Shown here: in pieces, positions 25,372-33,168 of the stretch
Position numbering within the stretch: the first letter of the stretch is position 1
Layout: each line of letters begins with the position of its first letter
Assembly: GCA_009783865.1 (NCBI GenBank)
Contig: WRCR01000001.1
Span: 1-37,709, forward strand
Direction: 5' to 3'
Source of the DNA: Planctomycetaceae bacterium
GTDB taxonomy: Bacteria; Planctomycetota; Planctomycetia; Pirellulales; Thermoguttaceae
DNA: 37,709 nucleotides
Position numbers and translations under genes: made by a program
Notes under the pieces: generated by a model
Told to the model about the DNA's origin: nothing
What the model saw: the letters and a program-made list of their open reading frames with translations, nothing else
Databases searched by the model: none

Positions 25372-26637
25372 ATGAGAACTGCATTATTGACGTTTCTTCT
25401 TGCGGCAGTATTCTGTTTGAATCTGCCCGCACAGGAACAACTAACATCTGACGGTGAAATGCCGATTCACGCCTGGGTCGGAATACCCGCTAATCAATCA
25501 ACCGTTGAACGGTTCAAGGAATTGAAATATGCGGGAATCAACGTCAACTTCACGTTCTACCCCAACATTGCCGAAGTTGAAAAAGCATTGGACGCAGCAC
25601 AACAAGCCGGTGTTAAAGTCCTGCCGTTCTGCCCTGAATTAAAAAACGAACCGGAAAAAACAGTAAAGCGGCTGATGAACCATCCGGCTCTTGCCGGCTA
25701 CCATTTGCGGGACGAACCGTCTATTGCGGACTTCGCCGGATTGAGCGAATGGATTAAGAAAGTCCAAGCGGTCGACTCCAAACACGGAAGTTATATCAAT
25801 CTCTATCCGAATGACTTGTGCGTCGAACGATTCTTCGATAAGGAAGTATTAGAATCAATGAAAAAAGAAGGAAAAAATCCGTATGCAGAATACGTTGCTC
25901 TTTTTCTGAAGGAAGTGCCGGTGCCGTATCTTTCTTTCGACCATTACCCCATTACGCAGAAAGACGGAGTCAACTCGATTAAAGTGCAGTGGTATGAAAA
26001 TCTTGAGATAATTGCTGCCGCATCGCAGAAGGCAGGTATGCCGTTTTGGGCGTTCGCGCTTTCCAATGCACATAGGAATCCGGGTTCTGCGCCGGGCGAC
26101 CCTTATCCGATACCGACTGTCGGTGATTTGAAACTTCAAATGTACAGCAACTTAGCGTACGGAGCGCAGAGTTTGCAATACTTTACCTATTGGGGTATGA
26201 AGAAAGAGTGGATGGAATTTCAAGGCGCGCCAATGACAGCGGACGGAAAACGCACGGAAATATATGACCGCATCAAGGTAGTCAACGACGAGATTCAAAC
26301 ACTTGCAGGCGTGTTTCTCGATTCAAAAGTTATCTCCGTGAGGCACACCGGCGAACAGATACCGCAGGGAACGAAACGGCTCGAACAACTGCCGCCAAAA
26401 ATCAAGACGCTGGAAACAGACGGCGGTGCGGTTGTGTCGCTCTTGGAAAAAGGCAATCGGCAGTTTCTGGTGATAGTCAATCGGGAGTGTCAGAAAACAA
26501 TGAAGTTGACGATTACGACCGATGCCGATGTCCAAAAGGTTTTGAAAGACGCAACTGTTGTACCGGCAAGTACATATACCGATACAACAGTGGTTGATGC
26601 CGGCGATGCCGTAATTTTCACTTGGGTGCGTCCTTGA
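25372..26637 (+). CDS. secreted TIM-barrel glycoside-hydrolase-like protein, 421 aa
   Basis: Signal peptide MRTALLTFLLAAVFCLNLPAQE. PALAGYHLRDEPS resembles the acid/base strand of clan GH-A enzymes (..NEP). INLYPN and FDHYP are further strand-end motifs. I cannot name a family by eye. Confidence 0.45.
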   Translation: MRTALLTFLLAAVFCLNLPAQEQLTSDGEMPIHAWVGIPANQSTVERFKELKYAGINVNFTFYPNIAEVEKALDAAQQAGVKVLPFCPELKNEPEKTVKRLMNHPALAGYHLRDEPSIADFAGLSEWIKKVQAVDSKHGSYINLYPNDLCVERFFDKEVLESMKKEGKNPYAEYVALFLKEVPVPYLSFDHYPITQKDGVNSIKVQWYENLEIIAAASQKAGMPFWAFALSNAHRNPGSAPGDPYPIPTVGDLKLQMYSNLAYGAQSLQYFTYWGMKKEWMEFQGAPMTADGKRTEIYDRIKVVNDEIQTLAGVFLDSKVISVRHTGEQIPQGTKRLEQLPPKIKTLETDGGAVVSLLEKGNRQFLVIVNRECQKTMKLTITTDADVQKVLKDATVVPASTYTDTTVVDAGDAVIFTWVRP

Positions 26638-27811
26638 GCGGGGTCAAATCCTCGTCATCAATTTCGTCAAGCAATGGCGACTTTTTCTTCGGCGTTTGCT
26701 CCGGTTCATCTTCAGCATCTGTCAAGGCGGCTCTCTGCCTTGCTCTTTCCTCTGCCGCCGCTTTTCTGCGCGCTTCGTTGTCCTGCGGATTAGAAGAGCG
26801 GCTCTTTTCGTCAACATTTAACGAACCGCCGATTCCCTTCGGATTCAATTCCTTCGTCACATTACAGATATCAAGTGCGCAAGCACAAGGATTGCGGTTG
26901 CAAAACTTACAGGAATATGCATACGGCACTTGACCGGCAAAGCCCGGCTTGCTGCAATCACAAGGATTCTTATAGCAAAGCGGACAAGACCAGCGGAATG
27001 AATAAGGACGTGCATAGCCCGTGAATATAGCCGGATTCCAATGCGGACGATAATACGGTGCCGGATTGTAATACACCGGAAACTTTCGCGCACCGTTGTT
27101 GTACATATCCATAATCGGTCTCGGAATTACCGACAAGAAGCGGGGTTCCTTGTACGGATTGAATTCGCCTTTGACACCGTGACCATCGTCTGCGTGTTCG
27201 CAAGGGTCGCTGCGATGTTCGCGGCAGGCATCGCAGGTGCCGCAAGGGGTGTCACCAGCGGTTAAATCGCAGTTATTGCACATGTTTTGACTCCGCTGCT
27301 GAATACAATGGCGACACAGCGTTCTTTCGCAAGGAAAACCTGCCTGACACATTTTGCATTTTCCGCAAGGCGTTTGCGGGCTGTCAACGCAGAGCGGACA
27401 ATCTTCTGCTTTGACGGGTTTCGCGCCGTACACTTCCCACATATAACGTTCTGCTTCGATGCGGCGTTGAACTGCGATTTCGGGAATTTTGCTGTATCTG
27501 TCCTGATTACCGATGGCGGGAGGCGTACCGGTATAAATCCGTTCCGGCGGACGCACAAATCGCGGGTCGGGATAGCCGAAGTCAGCCGAAGCCAGCGGTT
27601 CCTGCATGGGTTGATGAACGTGCGGGGCATTTCCGTGATATTGTCCGCCGGTTTTTCCATAATTCTTTGCCGCTGCTGCGGAACGGGGCGGATTGCCGGA
27701 CTTGGTCTTCTGTGCTTTTGTTTGCGCCAGCAATGTTTGTGCCGATGCAATCAAAAGAACGAAAGCCAATAGCGGAAAACAAACAGTAATGATTTTTGTG
27801 AAGTTGTACAT
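26618..27811 (-). CDS. secreted cysteine-rich protein of unknown function, 397 aa
   Basis: Signal peptide MYNFTKIITVCFPLLAFVLLIASAQTLLAQ. More than 20 Cys occur, mostly in CxxC/CxC pairs (CPLCVDSPQTPCGKCKMCQAGFPCERTLCRHC...MCNNC...PCGTCDAC; CPLCYKNPCDC; CKFCNRNPCAC). There is a charged K/E/D-rich C-terminal tail. The 3' end overlaps the convergent gene by 20 nt. Confidence 0.6.
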   Translation of the reverse strand: MYNFTKIITVCFPLLAFVLLIASAQTLLAQTKAQKTKSGNPPRSAAAAKNYGKTGGQYHGNAPHVHQPMQEPLASADFGYPDPRFVRPPERIYTGTPPAIGNQDRYSKIPEIAVQRRIEAERYMWEVYGAKPVKAEDCPLCVDSPQTPCGKCKMCQAGFPCERTLCRHCIQQRSQNMCNNCDLTAGDTPCGTCDACREHRSDPCEHADDGHGVKGEFNPYKEPRFLSVIPRPIMDMYNNGARKFPVYYNPAPYYRPHWNPAIFTGYARPYSFRWSCPLCYKNPCDCSKPGFAGQVPYAYSCKFCNRNPCACALDICNVTKELNPKGIGGSLNVDEKSRSSNPQDNEARRKAAAEERARQRAALTDAEDEPEQTPKKKSPLLDEIDDEDLTPLKDAPK

Positions 27812-28112
27812 TTCCTTGTCCTTCTATGTTGTTCCTTTTGAGAACAATTACGCTTTTGACGGAGGATTATGGATTATAAAACCGCATCGTGCGGGAAATC
27901 TTTCGTTTTTTTGTGCAAGATTTTTTTCGGCAGACGATACAAGCGGTATAACGCGCAGAGTTGTTTTGTCCTGTTGCTATAAACAGCGGATTTATTAACG
28001 GCGATATTCGAGACCGCTTATTGAAAGCCGAAAAGTTTTGATATTGCAAACGCATACAATTTCGTGTAAAATGTCGAAAACGTTTAGAAATAAAGGGAAA
28101 CTGGCGGGGACA

Positions 28113-28532
28113 ATGGCAGACCATTTGACGAAAGAAAAACGCTCGTGGAATATGAGCCGTATCCGATCAAAGGAAACCGCTCCTGAAATTGCATTCCGTA
28201 AATTGATATATCGGGCAGGGTTTCGTTATCGGCTTTATGATAAAACACTTCCCGGAAAGCCGGATTTAGTCATGAAAAAACACAAAATCATTGTTTTCAT
28301 TCACGGCTGTTTTTGGCACGGACATGAAAACTGCCGGAGGGGAAACAAACCGAAAACGCATAAAAAATACTGGAACGCAAAAATTAAAGGGAACGTTGCA
28401 CGGGATAGAAAAAACATTACAACGTTGGAAAATTCAGGATGGCGGGTTTTCGCCGTTTGGGAATGTGAATTGAAAGATTTAGAAACCGTTTTACAAAAAT
28501 TCAAGGAATTTGTCGGGACAAAAGATGCCTAA
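28113..28532 (+). CDS. vsr: very short patch repair endonuclease
   Basis: MADHLTKEKRSWNMSRIRSKETAPEIAFRKLIYRAGFRYRLYDKTLPGKPDLVMKKHKIIVFIHGCFWHGH...NVARDRKNITTLENSGWRVFAVWECEL is collinear with E. coli Vsr (MADVHDKATRSKNMRAI...FTHGCFWH...NVERDRRD...GWRVLIVWEC). Confidence 0.9.
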   Translation: MADHLTKEKRSWNMSRIRSKETAPEIAFRKLIYRAGFRYRLYDKTLPGKPDLVMKKHKIIVFIHGCFWHGHENCRRGNKPKTHKKYWNAKIKGNVARDRKNITTLENSGWRVFAVWECELKDLETVLQKFKEFVGTKDA

Positions 28533-29676
28533 AGAAGTAGCCCAACCTAAAATTTTGTCGCTGTTTTCCGGTTGCGGAGGTCTTGACTGGGGGTTTCATA
28601 CCGCCGGTTATAGGACAGTTTGGGCTAACGACATCAATAAATGGGCGGTTAACACATTTCGCAAAAACTTTCCCGAAGCTGCCGTTTCGCAGGAAGATAT
28701 CGAAAAAATTAAGGGGAAAAAGTTAAAAGAAGTTCCCGATTGCGATTTAATCGTGGGCGGTTTCCCTTGTCAGGATTTTTCGGTGATTTGGAAACAGCCG
28801 GGGCTGGACGGTGATAGAGGCAACCTCTACAAACATTACCTACGCTTTATTGATGCGAAAAAGCCGTTGACGTTTGTTGCTGAAAATGTTAAGGGACTAT
28901 TGTCGGCAAATAAAGGACGTGCAATAGCGGAAATCTTAAAGGGTTTCGAGAACGCTGGCAATGGTTATATGGTGAAAATCCAACTCTACAACTTTGCGGA
29001 TTACGGTGTTCCGCAGTTTAGGGAGCGGGTTTTGATTGTCGGTGTCCGGCTTGACACGGGTTTTGAATTCGCTCACCCTGCCCCGACACACGGAGCAGGA
29101 CGGGTAGCGTATAAAACATCGGGGGACGCATTGCGGGACGTTGAAGCAATGGAAATGTTTCAGAAAGCACCGAAGTTTAATCGAAATGAAATTGGTATTG
29201 TGGAAAAAACACGAAAAATGTTAGAAATGATACCAGAAGGCGGTAATTTTACAGATGTTCCTACGGATAGTGAGTATTACGTCAAGGGTTTGATTAGTCA
29301 CGTTTATCGCCGCCTGAACCGGAATGAACCGTCAAAAACGATTATTGCGGCAGGCGGTGGCGGAACATGGGGCTATCATTACGAAGAACCCCGCCCACTG
29401 TGTAACAGAGAAAGAGCAAGATTGCAATCGTTCCCTGATAGTTTTGAATTCGAGGGTTCGGTCACAGAAGTCCGCCGTCAAGTTGGTAATGCTGTTCCGC
29501 CGGACGGCGTTAGATTAGTTGCAGAACGGCTAATGCCGCTTTTTACGGGGGAATATGAAAAAACGGATTTGCAAAAACTCCGTAATGAATTACAGAAATT
29601 ATCAATTAGGAAACGTTTGGAATACGATTTACAAAGGACTAAAGAAGAAAATTCAGAGATAGAAATAGCAACGTGA
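28525..29676 (+). CDS. dcm: DNA (cytosine-5)-methyltransferase
   Basis: ILSLFSGCGGLDWGF (motif I), GGFPCQDFS (motif IV, PCQ), ENVKGL (motif VI), QFRERVLIVG (motif VIII) and QVGNAVPP (motif X). ATG 28525 overlaps the vsr end by 8 nt. The track's TTG 28510 is an alternative start. Confidence 0.9.
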   Translation: MPKEVAQPKILSLFSGCGGLDWGFHTAGYRTVWANDINKWAVNTFRKNFPEAAVSQEDIEKIKGKKLKEVPDCDLIVGGFPCQDFSVIWKQPGLDGDRGNLYKHYLRFIDAKKPLTFVAENVKGLLSANKGRAIAEILKGFENAGNGYMVKIQLYNFADYGVPQFRERVLIVGVRLDTGFEFAHPAPTHGAGRVAYKTSGDALRDVEAMEMFQKAPKFNRNEIGIVEKTRKMLEMIPEGGNFTDVPTDSEYYVKGLISHVYRRLNRNEPSKTIIAAGGGGTWGYHYEEPRPLCNRERARLQSFPDSFEFEGSVTEVRRQVGNAVPPDGVRLVAERLMPLFTGEYEKTDLQKLRNELQKLSIRKRLEYDLQRTKEENSEIEIAT

Positions 29677-30707
29677 TAGAATTACTCAACTCAAATTATC
29701 TGCCGTTAAAAACGGTTTGCCGTTCTTTTTCTGAAGTGTTTTTTACGCTGTTGGGGAGTGCTGAACGTATCCACATTGCAAGCGGTTATGTTTCGGAAGA
29801 CGCAATCGCCGATTTGTTAGGTATTTACGAAAAAGGATACAGCAAAGAGTTAAATCTTATTGTCGGGATGGGTTGGTTTGAAGGATTTCCCGCAGCCCAA
29901 TATGATGCGCTGGCTAGGTTTGGAGATTTATTGTCAAAAAAGGAACTCGGTAACGTTTTTGTCGCTAATCGTTTCAAGTATCATGGAAAAGTTTATTCCT
30001 TCTTCGGGAAGGATAACTCTTATTCAGCCGTTGTCGGTTCAAGCAATCTAACAAGAATAGATTCGCAGGATAAAGTTTATGATACGGATATCTTGATAAC
30101 CGGCGATAATGTCAATGCCGAAATCGAAAAGTTCCTTGCCGATTTGCAAAGATATAGTGTTCCGATACAAAAGGTAAAACTGCCCGCTGAAAAAATTATT
30201 GAACCGAAAAATTTATTCGCCGATTACTTGGACGTAGAGCAAGTTTCGGAACAGAAGTTATGTGATATACAGAGTTCATTGACGGACACCGTTTTCGTTA
30301 TTCCGATAAAACCGGAAATGAAAAGCCATCTGAATTGTTATTTTGGAAGACCTCGAATGAATAACGGAATTGCACGCCCCCGTGATTGGTATGAAGCCAA
30401 CATTATTGTATCAAAAAAAATTACAGGAAAACGGGACTATCCTAAACGGGAATTCACTGCAATTACAGATGACGGCTATAAGTTTCAGTGTGAATCAAAC
30501 GGCGATTACCATAAAAACCTGCGGTCTTCAGGCGACCTGAAGATTATCGGCAGATGGTTAAAAGGGCGAATGGAGCAAAAACGGAAGTTGCAAATCGGAG
30601 AAATGGTCGACGAGGGTGTTTTAGAAAACTACGGTAGAGACAACTTTACAATGACAAAAACAAACTTACCGGATACCTGGTATTTGGACTTTAGCACGGA
30701 AAAATGA
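29673..30707 (+). CDS. PLD-family nuclease, NgoFVII/BfiI-like restriction endonuclease candidate, 344 aa
   Basis: YHGKVYSFFGKDNSYSAVVGSSNLTR matches the HxK(x)4D...GSxN phospholipase-D signature. The C-terminal half (DWYEANIIVSKK...FQCESNGDYHKNLRSSGDLKIIGRWLKGRM) is compatible with a B3-like DNA-binding domain as in BfiI/NgoFVII (inference). The GTG start overlaps the dcm stop (GTGA). Confidence 0.7.
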   Translation: MIELLNSNYLPLKTVCRSFSEVFFTLLGSAERIHIASGYVSEDAIADLLGIYEKGYSKELNLIVGMGWFEGFPAAQYDALARFGDLLSKKELGNVFVANRFKYHGKVYSFFGKDNSYSAVVGSSNLTRIDSQDKVYDTDILITGDNVNAEIEKFLADLQRYSVPIQKVKLPAEKIIEPKNLFADYLDVEQVSEQKLCDIQSSLTDTVFVIPIKPEMKSHLNCYFGRPRMNNGIARPRDWYEANIIVSKKITGKRDYPKREFTAITDDGYKFQCESNGDYHKNLRSSGDLKIIGRWLKGRMEQKRKLQIGEMVDEGVLENYGRDNFTMTKTNLPDTWYLDFSTEK

Positions 30708-31582
30708 GACATATGAGTTTCCTTGAAGCATATCTTAACACAATCAACAATGTTGAAGTAAAGCAAACGGTTAGCGAAACCGCAGCAAAATTTTTGCAGG
30801 AGGTACTTTCGTCATTTAATTTCCAAAGCCGCATTAACGGACTTTTACTCGGCGAAGTGCAAAGCGGTAAAACGGGGCAAATGTTTGGAATAGTAGCCCA
30901 AGCCGCTGATGAAGGTTTTGACGTTTTCGTAATTTTGACAACCGATAATAACCGGTTACAAACGCAGACGTTTGAGCGGGCTTCGCTAGGATTGATGAGC
31001 GGAATGGAAGTTTGTAATGAAACCGACACACGCCGCTTTAATCTGAACCGCCGTTTGACAACACGAAAACCTGTTGTGATCGTTCTAAAAAAGAACAGCA
31101 AGATATTGAAGAAATGGCGGAACGAGCTTTTGAATTCGGAATACCTAAAAGATAAGAACGTGATGATAATTGACGATGAGGCGGATGCAGCATCGCTCAA
31201 CACGAGGATTAATCAGGATGACATCAGCGTTATCAACGAACACATCAGCGCAATCCGAACCGCAGGGGCGTCTTGCATTTACTTGCAAGTTACTGCAACT
31301 CCGCAAGCAGTTTTATTACAAACCGAAGAATCTGATTACAAACCGTCTTTCGTAATTTACTTCAAGCCGGGCAGTGCTTATCTCGGCGGGGACTTTTTCT
31401 TTTCCCGACCGGAACCGTATTGCATTATAGAAACAAGCGATGACGAAATGGCTTCGGTTATCGACCCTGATTCCGAAGATGATGCGCGGCTTAAGCAAGC
31501 GGTATTAAATTTTCTTGTTGTTTGCGCCCATTTCAAACTTTCCGGTATAGAGAGCACATTAAAACAGCAAAATTGCTCGTAA
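30704..31582 (+). pseudogene. Z1-domain-family P-loop NTPase, N-terminal fragment only (292 aa)
   Basis: GEVQSGKTGQMFGIVAQAADEGFDVFVILTTDNNRLQTQTFER (Walker A region), VMIIDDEADAASLNT (Walker B) and YLQVTATPQAVLL match the N-terminal NTPase part of Z1-domain proteins that accompany Dcm methylases. As I recall, such proteins run to roughly 900 aa. This frame stops at 31582 and pgk starts 364 nt later. The ATG overlaps the upstream stop (ATGA). Confidence 0.55.
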
Positions 31583-31945
31583 GCAGCGGACACAGAATCA
31601 GCAAAGGAACGGGAACAATGTTAACTCCGACAGACCGCAAAGTGTTCGACGATTATACTGACGGCATATCGTTGATAATGTACCGCCTGAAAGGCGAGGT
31701 TGACCAAAAGTGGAACGGTCAGCCGTTATGGATGCCGAACATTAAGTTGCCGGAAGGTTTCCGATGTCATTATGCAAGAAGATAGAAACCTATCGTTTGA
31801 TTTTGTTAAAGTCACAGATGCAAAATACACGCCATTAAATTACGTTTTACCGCAGCCGCAGACTCGCGCTCTTGATTTTTTTTTTCATTCCGATAAAATA
31901 ATGCCGTTCAACAACTTTTTCCCTTTTTCAAGAAAGAAAACACCG

Positions 31946-33142
31946 ATGGCAAAGAAAACTATTGCTTCAGTTGATGTCAACAATAAAACCGTGTTCATCC
32001 GCGTGGATTTTAACGTACCGCTCGATGACAACGGCAAAATTACCGATGACCGCCGAATTGTCATGGCACTGCCGACTATCAAATCCGTTTTAGAACGCGG
32101 CGGAAAAGTCATACTGGCAAGCCACCTCGGTCGTCCGAAAGGAACGCCCGACCCGAAATATACAATGCACCCGACAGCAGTTCGGCTTGCCGAACTTCTC
32201 GACCAGCCCGTTATATTCGCAACCGATACCGTCGGACAAGATGCGCAAGCGAAAGTTGCCGCTTTGAAAACCGGCGAGGTTCTCGTTCTTGAAAACCTGC
32301 GCTATCAACCGGACGAAGAAAGCAAAAAAGACGAAGAGAAAGCCGCCTTCGCTGCTAAACTTGCCGCCTTTGCTGATGTTTATGTCAACGATGCCTTCGG
32401 AACCTGTCACCGCACCGATGCGTCAATGTACGCCGTTCCGCTGGCAATGGGAAGCAAGCCGAAGGTTTGCGGATTCCTCGTCGAGAAAGAAATCAAATAC
32501 TTGAGTGACGCGCTTGCAAATCCGCAAAGACCATTTGTCGCAATTATCGGCGGGAAAAAGGTTTCGGACAAAATCAATGTGATTGAAAACCTCTTGAACA
32601 TCACAGACATGGTTTTAATCGGCGGTGCAATGGCGTACACGTTCTCGCTGGCAAAGGGCGAAAAAGTCGGCGGCTCATTGACCGAACCGGATAAAGTCAA
32701 CTTGGCGAAAGAACTCCTCGCAAAGGGCGGCGATAAACTTATTCTGCCGCTTGATACGCATTGCGGCGATGAATTCAGCGGAACATGCAACAAGATAACC
32801 GTGAAAGCGGGCGAGATTCCCGACGGTTTTCAAGGTTTTGATATTGGTCCCGAAACGGCAAAGAAATATGTCGGCATTGTTAAAGAAGCGAAGACGGTTG
32901 TTTGGAACGGTCCGATGGGCGTGAGTGAAATCCCGCCGTTTGATGCCGGTACGAAGGCGGTAGCGCAAGCGATTGCCGAAAGCAATTCGATTAGCATAAT
33001 CGGCGGCGGCGACAGTGCGGAAGCGATTCAGCGGCTAGGTTTCGCTGATAAGGTTTCGCACGTCAGCACGGGCGGCGGTGCTTCGCTGGAGATGCTCGAA
33101 GGCAAAAAGTTCGCCGCCGTTGAGGTTCTGGATAACGAGTAG
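31946..33142 (+). CDS. pgk: phosphoglycerate kinase, 398 aa
   Basis: [66 protein letters not shown]... and the C-terminal GGGDSAEA...[14 protein letters not shown] are canonical Pgk. The track ORF 31700 is an upstream extension. Confidence 0.95.
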   Translation: MAKKTIASVDVNNKTVFIRVDFNVPLDDNGKITDDRRIVMALPTIKSVLERGGKVILASHLGRPKGTPDPKYTMHPTAVRLAELLDQPVIFATDTVGQDAQAKVAALKTGEVLVLENLRYQPDEESKKDEEKAAFAAKLAAFADVYVNDAFGTCHRTDASMYAVPLAMGSKPKVCGFLVEKEIKYLSDALANPQRPFVAIIGGKKVSDKINVIENLLNITDMVLIGGAMAYTFSLAKGEKVGGSLTEPDKVNLAKELLAKGGDKLILPLDTHCGDEFSGTCNKITVKAGEIPDGFQGFDIGPETAKKYVGIVKEAKTVVWNGPMGVSEIPPFDAGTKAVAQAIAESNSISIIGGGDSAEAIQRLGFADKVSHVSTGGGASLEMLEGKKFAAVEVLDNE

Positions 33143-33168
33143 GATAGTATAAACGGAATAATAACACA

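Noticed and set aside
27262-27772. ORFs 27262..27750 (-) and 27287..27772 (+) inside the Cys-rich gene
   Set aside because: They are alternative frames of a longer ORF that has a proper signal peptide. They have no independent support.
31700-31945. 82-aa upstream extension of pgk
   Set aside because: Pgk homology starts exactly at [10 protein letters not shown] (ATG 31946). The extension crosses junction DNA.
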